From Octopus vulgaris (taxonomy: Eukaryota): DNA of 64,000 nucleotides. The notes beneath the pieces are model-generated. The model was not told the DNA's origin and searched no databases. It was given only the letters and a program-made list of their open reading frames with translations. The stretch covers positions 50,468,001-50,532,000 of the forward strand of contig OX597830.1 in NCBI GenBank assembly GCA_951406725.2, written 5' to 3'. How positions within the stretch are numbered: the first letter of the stretch is position 1; the number at the start of each line of letters is the position of its first letter. The position numbers were made by a program, and so were the translations under genes. Below, one piece after another: positions 42,960 through 57,007 of this stretch.

Positions 42960-43695
42960 AAAAATACAAAAAAGGGACGACAAAATATCCAGATAGATGA
43001 TACAATGAAAACAAGGACGGGTCATTTGGAGTTTTCTGTCCTCAATCAAGTTCCATATTATCTTTGCAATTTTGGCTGGTTATACTCGAGATTGCTCCAA
43101 TGTGGCCAGCCCCAAGGAAAACAAAGTTAGAGCATTAGATTCATTGGAAGAAAGCAGCGAATGTATACGAAAGAACAACAGAAAAAGCGGAGAATGTTAC
43201 ACAAATACAAATAACAGGACATAACAACAGGTGTCTTTCGACTAAGGACGAATTAAATTAAGCTGGCGTGTGTGGAAGTAAAGCCTTACGGCAAGGATAC
43301 AAAATTCCAAAGGCAGAGGGGGGAATATAGATGTTGCACTGACGGCTGCCGAACCAAGAAAGAAAGATTAAGCTTGGCCGAACACCGGTCACGTGGAGAG
43401 AGAAGAGGGAAAGGTAGTGACAGAGGGACAGAAGAAATAAGGAGAGGCGAGAAAAAATGACAGGGACACAGTAAAGTGAAAAGAGGAGGAAATTGAGCAT
43501 GAAGGGAAGGCAAGGAAATGTGAGAAAGGGGAAACGAAAGAACGAAGAGTGGAATGAACGAAGTAAGCGTAACATTATCCGTTTATTCCGTCCTTGGTTT
43601 CGTATTCATTCGCTGCTTTCTTCCAAGGAATCTAATGCTCTTAGCTTAGTTTTTCCTTGGGGCTAACCAGATTGGAGCAATCTCGAGTATAACCA

Positions 43696-43696
<1 letters not shown>
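42960..43696. mobile_element. Probable PLE terminus with inverted partial pseudo-LTR
   Basis: 43076-43200 is an inverted copy of 43569-43696 (CTGGTTATACTCGAGATTGCTCCAAT...); right end abuts (TA)n; related to 20298-20590. Confidence 0.6.
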
Positions 43697-43730
<34 letters not shown>

Positions 43731-43828
43731 CAAATATACGTGTATATATATATGTACAAAGGTATATATATATGTATATATATATATACACACATATATA
43801 TGTACGTATATACGTATATATGTATATA

Positions 43829-43881
<53 letters not shown>

Positions 43882-43922
43882 GTATATATAAATATATATA
43901 TATATATATATGTATATGTACG

Positions 43923-43970
<48 letters not shown>

Positions 43971-44353
43971 CATGTGTGTATGTATGCGTATGTATATGCA
44001 TGTGTTAACATATAGATATAGGAATAGATAGATAGGCATATATATGCGTGTGTGTATGTGTGTGTTGTTGACAAACATGTACTCTTATGCAAATTAGACA
44101 GATCTGTGTACCAGTTTGTACACACTATAAATAGTAAGAAACGACAAGTGATTCAGTGGAGACATTGAGTGTAAGTCGTTGAAGTTATAGAAACACAACG
44201 AACAATTTCTGCTCTCATCACTTTCCTATTGGGAGCCGCTGTAGAATAGTATCTTTATAACAAAATGTACACTAGATTTAAAATTATGTATTTATATACC
44301 TCTGTTTATGTCAGTATATAAGTATGTACATACGTTCACATACACACACACTC

Positions 44354-44557
<204 letters not shown>

Positions 44558-44563
44558 GTATAT

Positions 44564-44627
<64 letters not shown>

Positions 44628-44885
44628 CTTTGTGTAGATAGAGAAGAGACACCAAGAGAGATATATAGATATATATGTATATATATATATATAGTTACAG
44701 ACACGCACACACAGGCGTACAGAAACATGCACACAAGAGTATAAATGTATGTGTGTATGTGTGTGTGTACGTGCAGTTATATGTGTAAATATTTCTATAT
44801 ATTCCCCTCTTTCTATACTCACATATATATGTACATGTTTATGCATATATTCATGCAGATATATGCCTAGACATACATACATACA

Positions 44886-44959
<74 letters not shown>

Positions 44960-45842
44960 CATGTATACACACATACACATATAAATAAACAAATGCATAT
45001 ATATACATGTATGGATAGTAACATACACATTCAGTGTACTCATATATATTTATATATAGACATAAAAAGAGAACGGCAAACCTAGAGGGACACTGCTACC
45101 CACACAGCCACCTCTACACATCCAAACACTCCCGCCCACCCACACACGGACATGAGTATTGATAAGTAATTAAAGAACTGAAGAGGAACGGTCGATTATA
45201 TAATTGGTCTATATTTAGACAATGGTAAGTTGAAGTGCCATTAATAATGATTGGAGCTCTGTAGAATGGTTTGGAATGAAGTCAAAGTTGGATAACCAAT
45301 AAAGGCAGCCAACAGACCAACTCATATACGGCTTCGATATAAATATATATATTTTGGAGATTTCGGATTGTCTGCGAGTTTATCTTTGGAAATTAATGCC
45401 CATCTTTGGCTCTGGTGAATTTAGCACTGCCTTTTTATAACTTCTAAGAAATTCCATGATGAATTGTGATGTCTAAGAGAACGTTTTGATACATACATCA
45501 TATTTATCTATGCACGCACACGCACACACACACACAAACACACTCACACACATACACACAAATGGACACACATATATTTAAGCACGAATATAAATGTGTA
45601 TGTATATGCGTGTGTCTATATATATATATAAATATCAATATATATATGCAAATACACACACACGCACATACTCACACATAACACACACACACACACATAT
45701 ACGAAGTGTGTGTATACATCAATACATATGCAGAGACTTAGTCATAAGTATATCTGTATATTAGGATATACATAAATACATTGTCCATATTTATATGTGT
45801 ATATATTAGCGAACGAAACTGGTTCTCCGGTTCCGAAGATGA

Positions 45843-46138
45843 TTGCTCCAGCTGGTCCCATCAACGGTACAACCTGCTCTGGAAATTAGTGATCAAGTAG
45901 CAGAGCACTCCATAGACACGCGTACTCTTAGTATAGCTCTCGGAGAGATTCAGCGTGACACAAAATGTGACAAGGTTTTTTCCCATTTATATTACAGGTA
46001 CTAACCTTTTTTTGTCAGCTGAGTGGACTGGAGCGACGTGAAATAAGATGTCTTGCTCAAGGACACAACGTGCCGCTGGGAATCGAACTCACAACTTGAC
46101 GATCGTGAGCCGGCTGCCCTAACGACTAACCCACAAGC
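45843..46138 (-). mobile_element. tRNA-derived SINE with family C-type head and a different tail
   Basis: Minus strand GTTCGATTCCCAG...TGTGTCCTTGAGCAAGACA...CCAGTCCACTCAGCTG. Confidence 0.7.
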
Positions 46139-46166
46139 ATCAAATATGTATATATTTATGTAGATA

Positions 46167-46474
46167 CGAGCAAAACGCCCTCCGTCCAATGGACAGTGCT
46201 AAGTTGTCAAACATTTAACCAAATTTTTTGGTCTCTTAAATTTACCGCATTTTGTGGCATTATTTCAAGCCAGCCGGCATTTTTTGCGCAAACTGCACGT
46301 GCATTTTTCTCGCGTACGCGTAGTATCGATCGCAACAGCTGATGTACTTGCGCGTACAAATGCACGTCACCACGGCTTGATCGATCGCATTCTCAAATTT
46401 GAGCGCAATCGGATGGAGGATGCCCGAGATCCTAGAAGGCACACAAACAGACAGAACGGATTTTATATAATAGA
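46167..46474 (-). mobile_element. Non-autonomous Helitron, second family
   Basis: Minus strand begins TCTATTATATAAAATCCG; subterminal hairpin GTCCATTGGAC; end CTCG (from CTAG); A|T insertion. Confidence 0.65.
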
Positions 46475-46523
46475 TGTATCTATTGAGCACACACACATAC
46501 ACACACATATACATATATATATA

Positions 46524-46645
46524 TACGACAGTTTCTGTCTACCAAATCCACTCACAAAGCTTTGGTTAGCCTGAGGTGCCACGCAGTGGGATTGAATCCA
46601 GAACCATGAGGTTATGAGGAAATCTTCTTACCACACAATCTCGCC

Positions 46646-46646
<1 letters not shown>
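46524..46646 (-). mobile_element. SINE family B, deleted 5' half
   Basis: CTACCAAATCCACTCACAAAGCTTTGG...GGTGCCACGCAGTGGGA. Confidence 0.75.
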
Positions 46647-46676
<30 letters not shown>

Positions 46677-46707
46677 ATATAGATACATATATATACATAT
46701 GCATATG

Positions 46708-46743
<36 letters not shown>

Positions 46744-46749
46744 AAATAC

Positions 46750-46805
<56 letters not shown>

Positions 46806-47176
46806 ACAATAATCCTTGAATAAAATTTATAAACATTTAATGCAACTCTACGTGATGAGACATGTGGCTTGCGGGAACGCAGGTAGCGATGCATTATAAA
46901 TACCATCCAAGGATCCCTGTTATCATAACTATACCTATCCTACACTATATGTCCGTACAGCTCGATGCAACCCCAAAAAACTGGTTCACCGGTCAGCATC
47001 TTTAGAATGTGGCCGGCATAATGGAATAGGAGCTTTATTTACCTGTTCAAAACGTTTCCCCGCAAGCAAGTTTAAAAGATACATACATGCGCACGCGCAC
47101 ACATACACGCACACACACACACACTTATATGTACTATAGATGTACATTAATATGATATATATAATACATAAAAGAT

Positions 47177-47525
47177 CACTGCGTGGCACCTTGGGCAAGT
47201 GTCTTCTACTATAGCCACGGGCCGACCAAAGCCTTGTAAGTGGATTTGGCAGATGGAAACTGAAAGAAGCTTGTCGTAAAACAAAAAAAGATAAGACGGC
47301 GAGCTGGCAGAACCGTTAGCACGCCGGGCGAAATGCGTAGTCGTATTTCGTCTGTTGTTACGTTCCGAGTTCAAATTCCGCCGAGGTTAACTTTGCCTTT
47401 CATCCTTTAGGGGTCGATAAACTAAGTACCAGTTACGCACTGGGGTTGATGTAATCGACTTACTCCCTTTGTCTGTCCTTGTTTGTCTCCTCTGTGTTTA
47501 GCCCCATGTGGGTAGTAAAGAAATA
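47177..47525 (+). mobile_element. SINE family B fragment (47177-47278) followed by full family A copy (47295-47525)
   Basis: Direct matches to family consensus sequences in this window. Confidence 0.85.
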
Positions 47526-48904
47526 TATAATGCATAAAAGATACAATGTGTGCGCGCATGAGTGTGCTCAAGTGTGTGTGTATGTGTGTGTGTCTGTGTG
47601 CGTGTGTGTCTATGTGTGAGCGCGTGCGCACGTTGTAGCTACACAAATTATTTTCCGAAAGAAATTCTTCGCATATATCCTGCGAAGAAGACAGAGATAA
47701 GAGAGGGAGAAGGAAATGAAAGAAAAATGGTAGCCACACTGGTAGGTAGGGGTTTGGAATGTGGTGGTGTAAAGGTTTGAAAAGAGGTCCGTTAACTTCT
47801 ACACTGGGTTTGGATTTAATAAGATTAAGAAAATTTTAGTTTATTCAAAACTCCTGTAACTTAATACTAATATTTAAATGGTTAAATATTTCTAAACCGA
47901 CGAGTGTATCAATGAAAGCTTAGAGTTAAACTTAAACGAATAATAAGTTTAAAAGTGTGTGACGGTAATAAGTATAAATGTATTTATGGATAATAAAATT
48001 TAGTTGATGTAATTGAAAGTTGTGAAGTAATACGAAATGGTATACTTCAGATATCACAATGATATTATTAAATTTGCTATGTCTGTGTTGGATTAGCTGG
48101 AAGAGAGATGGCTTAGTGAAAATAACCACGGAGAATGGAACTCATCAAACTAGAACTGCGGAAGGGAACGGTAGATGTCAGAATAATATTATTAACTTAG
48201 TAGAGTTTGTAAAGAGATGACACAAGGTGAAGCGGTTGTATATTGATGTTCATGAGACACAGGTTATTATTATATAATTTGAATAAAGAGAATAGGTGGA
48301 GAAACAGTTTTAGAAGTCGGACAAATGTTGTTGAATCAATTTAGGTGGAATGGAAAACAGAACAAATGGACATCACATGACATTGGGAGGAATTGTGTAA
48401 TATCGTGTGGTATTGAATAGTATTGCGTGCTATTGAGTGATATTCTATGACATCGGTTTGTGTTCTGTGATATTGTGTGGCATGACGTGTGTGATACTAT
48501 ATCACAATGCGTTTCATCCTATGATATTGTGAGGTCTGCGGGCCTGTGAGTGATATCGTGTGTTAATGTGTGATATCGTATGGCACTCAGTGAGATTGGG
48601 TCGCGAGGCTGGTTGATGGCATTGGGCAGCATTTATTAACTTTGGATGGAATACTCTGATATTGCGTTGTATTTGATGGCACTGTATAGCACAATGTGAC
48701 ATTAAGGGACATCAGGGGACCAAATATATACTTCATATGACTTATATGAATAATTAGTATGACCACACACACACCACACACACACACACACACACACGCA
48801 CACACACACACACTCACGCACACACGCACGCACACCCACATCCTCCCATACAAACACACATACACATTTCTGTTACGTGTCACGTTAAATAGTACCCATT
48901 GTAT

Positions 48905-49060
48905 ATGAGACGGCAGCGCATGCCATCATAGTGACACACGGGTACAAATATACGAAACTCAATATACCCATCATGACAACCTGTCTGATAAGGGTACAGC
49001 AGTCACATGAATCCCGACCATATACGCGCGACATCACGACCTCATATTAAGATCTAAACA
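48905..49060 (-). mobile_element. Diverged fragment of the 16184-16737 repeat
   Basis: GCATGCCATCATAGTGACAC...TATACCCATCATGAC...TCTGATAAGGGTACA is the reverse complement of about 16585-16737. Confidence 0.75.
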
Positions 49061-49144
49061 CACGCGCACACACACACATACCTACACACATGCACGCACA
49101 CTCACACCCACATATAGACTGCAAACTTTGGTGCCTTGTACCAC

Positions 49145-49183
<39 letters not shown>

Positions 49184-49209
49184 GGACAATTAGTAAGTTG
49201 TCATAATAG

Positions 49210-49627
49210 AACTCAGAGTTTCAAATGCAGGGGCCAAAAGCTTCGAGGCATTTTCATCGGCTATTTTGACGACAGACGCTATGAAAAATCCGTTGAATAA
49301 AAGGGAAGTTACTCCAAAAGGCATAAAAATATAAAACATAGGATATAAAAATATTTAAAAAGACGGTATAATATGCCCTGTCCATAAATTGTTTCACTTT
49401 TAATACGTAATACTGAAATACTGTAAGAGAGAAGAGATTGCTTCGGGTTCGCATTAGGCAAGAAGTTGAACTTTTTTTGGCCCATGACACTGCATGGACC
49501 ACAAATAAATCATGTGTAAAATTTGAATGAAATCGGTTGAGTAGTTCTCGAGTTTCAGGGATTCACACAGTCATATAGACAGATAGACTTACAGACAGAC
49601 ACACATTCTCGGTTTTATGTATTTAGA
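49210..49627 (-). mobile_element. Helitron-like 5' portion, left boundary uncertain
   Basis: Minus strand starts TCTAAATACATAAAACCGAGAATGTGTGTCTGTCTG; plus-strand AAATTTGAATGAAATCGG parallels AAATTTGAGCGCAATCGG in the 46167-46474 element. Confidence 0.5.
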
Positions 49628-49932
49628 TTTTATATATTAAGATATATATATCGTAGGATAGGTGTCGTATTTGATTACATTTGCTTTCTTTTAACATTTT
49701 ATAATATCAAACTCACCGGTGATTAACCAGAACTCCTTCTTAATAAATTAAATTAATAAAGCAACTATTTAATCTAGATACAGACTACGTGACATGACTA
49801 TAAAGACCTGTATTGTTGTAAAACTTAAATGAATGTAATTAACATTGAATATTTGAAGCACAACGGCCAAGATGTAAAGGCAAAAATATATTGGAACGTA
49901 TTCAAAACGAATAAGTGAACATTACCGCACAT

Positions 49933-50005
<73 letters not shown>

Positions 50006-50094
50006 ATATACATATATATGCACGCACACACTCACATATATATGTACAGAGAGAGGTAGATATATGCACGTATATATCTATCTATATATTATTG

Positions 50095-50159
<65 letters not shown>

Positions 50160-50730
50160 CTGTGTGTGTGTATACAAAACACAAGTATTATCTACATATC
50201 AATGGATGTATATCTATGTAACAAAAATGGAAGCAAGAGACCGCACGTGTTCTCTCTTTCCCGCTTTGTTTGTTTGGTTCTTTCTGTCTTTCTTTCCATC
50301 TCCCTATCTATATTCTATAACAAAGAGACAATTGGTAAACAAGGCTGGCATTGTATTCAGTGGAAATACTGATTATCTTTATTTGGTTCGATTCTCTTCA
50401 TGTCCTCTTTTATTGCGTAGAATTTCTGTTTAGCTTCGACTCAAAGGCCCCTCGCGAGAAATAAAATGCAAGGAAAAAGAAAAACAATAGCAAAAAAAAA
50501 AAAGGATTTAGACACGCGCAGACACACACACCATACATAATTACATATACATATGTATATACATACATTCATACAAATCTATACAGACACACTCACACAC
50601 ACACATGTACACTCACACACACACACACAGATATATATCTACATATGTATACATGTATGTATACGCAGACACTTATGCAGAGTATATATAAATATCTGTA
50701 AACGCATATATATACATGTATGTATATAAC

Positions 50731-50880
<150 letters not shown>

Positions 50881-51025
50881 ACATATAATACACACACATA
50901 TGTATATATACATATGGACACAGAGAGATGTATGTGCATGAATATATGGATACAGGTATGTATATGAATGCATAAGTACTTACACCCATACACACACTTA
51001 CACCCAACCACACAAACCCACTCCG

Positions 51026-51110
<85 letters not shown>

Positions 51111-51597
51111 GCATATGTGCGCATATCAAAAATATTAAAAATTACAGTGTAAAACAACAGGACCAATACAATCACCTCCTTTTCCACTACCACCACTACT
51201 ACCACCACCACCACCACCACCACCAGGACCACCATCACCACCACTACCCCACCCGACCCCCACCACTACCGTTCTATAACTGCTGCTGCTGCTGCTGCTG
51301 CTTTTGCCGCTGCAAACAATAGGAGCCATAAGATGTGTTCAAGAAAAATTAGGGCAGCTGAAATTTTAATGTCATGTCACGGTTGAAGAGAAAAACTAAT
51401 GTCTTTTTGTTGTTTTGTTAATTTTTATTGTCATTGTATTTGTTGTTATTGTTGCTGTTGTTATTGTTGTTGTTATTGTCTTTGTTGATATTGGAGAAAA
51501 TGTCTCCTGTTGCAGGTGGAAACCTTTCCTCCTTCACTGTCTCTCTGGTTTTGTTCCTTGGTGTCTTGCTTTCTTTCTTTCTTTCTTTCTTTTTTTT

Positions 51598-51635
<38 letters not shown>

Positions 51636-52685
51636 TTTCTCTGCCTCTCTCATCCTCTCTCTATCTCCTACTGCGTATTTCTCCCGGCTATTCACTCTCC
51701 CCCCTAGACTCGTCTCTTTCTGACACACCTACACACACTCTCTCCATCTCCGTCTCTCACTTTTCTCTCTCTCTTTCTCTCTCTCTCTCAATTGCTTTCT
51801 CTTTGTCCCTTTCCAGTTAGCCTCTCTCTTCATTCCATTATATCTGTCTATCTCACCCCTATCTTCACAACTGTTTTCTTTACCCTCTCACCCATCTCAC
51901 CTGGGATCTCCTTCGTACTCCGTACCCCCACCTTACACTTTGTATCCTGGTCATTCTCCCTATTCTGTTCTTCTCCCATCTCTCTCAATCTCTTTTCCGG
52001 TCTCATTCATGTTCCCGATGTAGATTATTGGTTAAATTAATAATCTCTTTCTCTCTCTCTCCCACGCACAATTCTCTCACTCTCTCACATTCATTTACAC
52101 AGAAAGCAGGAGAAAAGAAGATTGTATAAATTTAGAGTTGATTCTTCGTTCTATGAATATTTAATGAATATACAATAGTTTGATCAGACTACTAAACAGA
52201 TGAAGATGTTGGAAAAACCATCCTGAGAGGTCACAAAAGTTTGACCTACTCAACACCAGAGTTAAACGATAACTATCATTGCGATTCATACCCAACCTGG
52301 GCTCCTTAGTCCTGTGTGAACTGAACGGTATGTGGGCCCTTCATTGACCTTCTGTCCTCTCTCGTCTATCAATTTAGGTTCACTGTAGCAAACATCCCGA
52401 TAATACTTTTATTATATTTACAGAGATTCCATTTTCGGCATTTTGAGCTTTTTTTCTTCTCCCATATCCTTCGAAATTTGGTCCTCGGACATTGTATGAT
52501 ATATAATACAATGCAATAAAATACAATACAATATGATATAATATAATATAATATAATATAACATCATATAATATAACAAAATATAACTTAAAGATATAAT
52601 ATATCTTTAAGAAAATGAGATGACAAAATGATGAATAATTATTTTATGGAAGTCATTGGCTTATGTGCAGTGCTTTCATATTCGA

Positions 52686-52766
52686 GGCTCCGATGAAGCT
52701 ATAATGCGTTACTCAGGAACTCAACTATGAGTCCACTGCATCTTATAACAGAAACAGCTGTAAGCC
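52686..52766 (+). ncRNA. Type I hammerhead (U4C variant CCGATGA), GUA cleavage, inside an imperfect inverted repeat 52609-52817
   Basis: Stem I GGCT/AGCC; stem II GCTATAA/TTATAAC; GAAA 52751-52754; palindromic stem III ACAGCTGT; flanking GTCATTGGCTTA/TAAGCCAATGAC and AAGAAAATGAGATGA/TCATCTCATTTTCTT. Confidence 0.6.
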
Positions 52767-53124
52767 AATGACGGTCATAAGGTAATGGTTTATTCCTTTG
52801 TCTCATCTCATTTTCTTATAACCACTCTGCACTCGACTAACGCTTCATTGTGAGGCATACGTATATTGAGTTCTACACCACGTTATCAGTATCGCAATGC
52901 GTAAGCGAAATATTCAAGGTGTAGACAAATTTCAGTCTGAAATCCCAGATGAACCCACATTGCGGCAGGAGGCTCGAAGAAGGGGACCTTCATCCAACTA
53001 GGTTTCTTTAGCAAAAACAATAACGAAAGGAGACCTCAAGACACTGAAAGACGGTGCTGCAGCATGGCTCCAGCCTCTGGTTGAAATCAGCAAAATAATA
53101 AAAGAAAAAATATATGTATATACA

Positions 53125-53210
53125 TTTGCCGATCCGCTAAGTTACGGGGACGTAAACATACCAGCGTCGGTTGTCAAGCGATGTTGGGGGAGACAAACAC
53201 AGACACACAA

Positions 53211-53247
<37 letters not shown>

Positions 53248-53403
53248 TATATACGACGGTCTTCTTTCAGTTTCTGTCTACCAAATCCACTCACAAGGCT
53301 TTGGTCGGCCCGTGGCTATAGTAGAAGATACTTGTCCAAGGTGCCACGCAGTGGGACTGAACCCGGAACCATGTGGTTTGTAAACAAACTACTTACCACA
53401 CAG
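53125..53403 (-). mobile_element. SINE family B
   Basis: Homologous to 13687-14028. Confidence 0.87.
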
Positions 53404-53562
53404 TAGCTTGTCTACTTTTCGTTAGCTATCAGAAATTCTGTTATTCTTGAGGAAAGTCCAGTGGAAACGGTTGACACATCAATGGTTTATTTCAGAGTTT
53501 CAAGACCAGTATCATGGTGCACCTCATCGGTATGATGTAATGATATGTTTGATGATATATAA

Positions 53563-54162
53563 TAGTGGCTGCTGTGAGTCGGAGTCCATATGATCCCTGG
53601 GTGGCCACATAAGATTTTTGGGGTCCACGCTAGCAAAATAGTAGATTGGGGACCCACAGTAGTATTTCAAGTTTCTATGAAGAGTATTGTGGAGGCGCAA
53701 TGGCCCAGTGGTTAGGGCAGCGGACTCGCGGTCGGAGGATTGCGGTTTCGATTCCCAGACCGGGTGTTGTGTGTGTTTAGTGTGCGAAAACACCTAAAAG
53801 CTATTTCGCCACATCTTTCTCTCTCACTCTCTCTTTCTGTTTCTTGAGTAACGCTTTGATGGATTGGCGTCCCCTCCAGCTGGGGAGAATACATACGCCA
53901 CAAAAACCGGGAAACCGGGCCCATGAGCTTGGCTCGGCTTGAAAAGGGCGACGAAATGAAGAGTATTGATTTAAGTGAATGTATTGCAAGAAGCAGCTAG
54001 ATTTCTTTCTCTAACATTTTACATAGTTGAACCTATACAAGTAAATGAAGGGCTAACAAATAAAAATTTGTTAGTTTTGAAACATCAAATATCAATGGCG
54101 GTCCACCAGAATAAAGTAGTAATCAATGGAGTCCATAAGTGAAAAGTGGTTGAGATCGGCTG
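53563..54162. mobile_element. Degenerate hAT (Charlie-like) MITE interrupted by a SINE
   Basis: Ends TAGTGGCT... and ...AAAAGTGGTTGAGATCGGCTG; repeated subterminal GG(G/A)GTCCA motifs at both ends. Confidence 0.45.
53690..53955 (+). mobile_element. SINE family D with 13-bp TSD
   Basis: Head GGAGGCGCAATGGCCCAGTGGTTAGGGC; TSD ATGAAGAGTATTG at 53677-53689 and 53956-53968. Confidence 0.9.
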
Positions 54163-55192
54163 TTATATTCAGTTGTATCGTTGATCACACGCAAAAGAAA
54201 GCTACTCTTGTGAACGTCAGCGATTCACTCATCATATTTTTATATTCTCTGATCCACAGTCTTACTGTTTCTCACTATCTTTTCTATTATTTCTTTCACA
54301 AATACCCCTATCGCTAGCAAATGCTGTGTCTACCAGCTATATGAAGCCTACCCAACAAGTCATGCCTCTAGGACAGAAATCTCTTGGAATTCAATTCTCA
54401 GCTCCACTTTTGCTCACACATTAAAGAATAGTTAGCACAGTTGACCGTAGAAATGAAAGAGGGATTCGTCGAAATCGACAGAGGTCCATTATTTTTTTTA
54501 CTTATAAATCCCTGTATCCGTGTTAATGTAAGCCACTGCAAATCTGTTTTTGTCGTGTGTGTTTGTGTATCTCCGTGCGATCGTATGCGTACGTGTTTGT
54601 GTTTAAGTGTAAGTGTATGATGATGATGTGTGTGTGTGTATGCGTGCATGCATGCATGCGTGTGCGCATGCGGGCGAATGTGTGCTTGCGTGTGTGTGCA
54701 TGTGTGTGTGTGTGTATGTGTGCATGTGCGTGTGCACGTGTGTACTTTAGTGAAAGACCTCCAACCCAGCCACACTCGTTGGCATCTCTCCATACCTTCA
54801 CAAACCTTCATCAGTCGCTCCAATCTACAAACATAAATCGCCGTCCCTGCCGCCACCGCCGCCGCCACCTTTAACAACATTACCAGCTCTACCCCACCAC
54901 CACCACCTCAACCTACCGCTACCCCACCACCCCATCGCCACTACTGATCGATTAAATAAACAACAGGATGACAGCGACTTCGATCCAACTGGGCTGTTGT
55001 TTTATCATTGATTCATTGATGTTGTTTTTGGAAGGCATTGAGCGGTATTGGGTGGTGTTGGATGGTGCAAGGTGGTATTGTATAGTATTATTGGTTGGTA
55101 AAGCAGGGTACTGGATGGTATTGGTGGCATTGAGTGGTATAGTGCGGTGTTTGGTGGCATTGGATTATATTGCATGGAAATGGGTGTTATAC

Positions 55193-55582
55193 TTTTATTC
55201 TTTTATTCTTTTCGTTGAAGCACCGCCTTAAAGGGTTTTAGGCGAAGAAATCGACCCCAAGACTTATTCTTTGTAAGCCTAGTACTTGCTCTATCGGTCT
55301 CTTATGCCGAACCGCTAGATTACGGGGACATTAACGCATCACCATCGGTTGTCAAGCGATGTCGGAGTGACAAACGCAGGCACACTCACACACACATACA
55401 CACACACACACAAAATATACGACAGGATTCTTTCAGTTTCCGTCTACCAAATTCACTCATAAGGCTTTGGTCGGCTCAAGGCTGTAGCAGAAGACACTTG
55501 CCCAAAGTGCCACGCAGTGGGACTGAACCCAAAACCATGTGGTTGAGAAGCAAGTTTTTTAGCACTCAGCCACGCCTGCACC
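55193..55582 (-). mobile_element. SINE family B, near full length
   Basis: Homologous to the other family B copies. Confidence 0.87.
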
Positions 55583-55794
55583 CGTTAGTTTATAATTCCA
55601 GAAATATTAAATCGTATACCAGTAATTTATGTAGGGCTCAATGTATATGTGCGTCCAAAGATCTATTAGAGAAAACACCATTTCCCAATTCACTATAACT
55701 GCTGTTTGTTGCTGTTGTTATTGAAGTCGTGCTTGTTATAAAATGGTGTTGTTCTTGTTTAGCTCAAGTCTGGCCTCTGAAGAAATTATCATAA

Positions 55795-56024
55795 GGCGGC
55801 CAGCTGGCAGAAGCGTTAGCACGCCGGGCGAAATGCTTTGTGGTATTTCGTCCGCCGCTGCGTTCTGAGTTCAAATTCCGCCGAAATCGACATTGCCTTT
55901 CATCCTTTCGGGGTCGATAAATCAAGTACCAGTCATGCACTGGTGTCGATGTAAACGACTTAATCCGTTTGTCTGTCCTTGTTTGTCCCCTCTATGTTTG
56001 GCCCCTTGTGGGCAGTAAAGAAAT
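55795..56024 (+). mobile_element. SINE family A with 16-bp TSD (1 mismatch)
   Basis: AAGAAATTATCATAAG 55780-55795 and AAGAATTTATCATAAG 56025-56040. Confidence 0.9.
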
Positions 56025-56403
56025 AAGAATTTATCATAAGATTTCCATGACCATCATATTAATTTCTTTCAACGGATGAAATACTTTGATATTGTGTTGT
56101 ACTCGATGTCACGGTATGGTACGAATTGACATAAGGGGCACCAAGTGACCTAATATAATATAATATAGCACTCCATCTGACCTACTAATGACTAGTATAT
56201 AATCCTACACGTGCGCGCCAACACAAACATGTTTCTGTTACGTGTCACATTAAGCAATCACCCTTATGTGTGAGCGAGTATTTTAGCGATTGTTCTGCTT
56301 GCCCTTTCTTCGTTATTCGTAGCCGGTTGAGCAACAAGGAGCTACTCAGAGGAGCGGAAGTTGTCGTCGTGTCGTTGTTATTGCTGCTGTTTATATACTG
56401 AAA

Positions 56404-56679
56404 GTGGAGGCGCGTGGCTTAGTGGTTAGAGTGTCAGCCTCATTATCGTAAGATTGTGGTTTCCATTCCTGGACCGGGCGACAGGTTGTGTTCTTGAGCA
56501 AAACACTTCATTCCACGTTGCTCCAGTCCACTCAGCTGGCAAAAATGAGTATTGCAGCGATGGACTGGCGTCCCGTCCAGCTGGGGAGGACATACGCCAT
56601 TGAAACCAGGAAACCGGGGCCATGAACCTGGCTAGGCTTTAAAAGAGCGCATTTATTTATTTATTTATTTATTTATTTA
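56404..56679 (+). mobile_element. Chimeric SINE (family C-type body, family D tail, TTTA tail) with 13-bp TSD
   Basis: TSD TTATATACTGAAA at 56391-56403 and 56680-56692; contains GCGATGGACTGGCGTCCCGTCCAG. Confidence 0.85.
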
Positions 56680-57007
56680 TTATATACTGAAACTGGAACG
56701 GGGACCGCTGCAGTTACTGATGGTACTGTTCTTGCTGCGATGAATGCTGCTGTTGTCATGAAATACTGCTGTAACTATCAGTGCTGCTGCTCTTTCTGCC
56801 ACAAAGTGCTGCTGTGGTTCCTACTGCCGATGTTGTTGTTGCTATAAATCCTGTTACATTTTGTTTCTGTTGCTGTTGCTGTTACTATTTCTGTTGTCAC
56901 AGAGTGCTGCTGTTCTTGTTTATACCACGAAGTGCTGCTGTAGCGGCCACTACGACTGTTGCTCGTATTGTTGTTATTGCTGTTGTTGCTGTTACGAAGG
57001 CCATTTC

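Noticed and set aside
46850-47075. Inverted GCTTGCGGG/CCCGCAAGC after GTGATGAG
   Set aside because: Arms are short and both core halves are mismatched; cannot be called a ribozyme or MITE.
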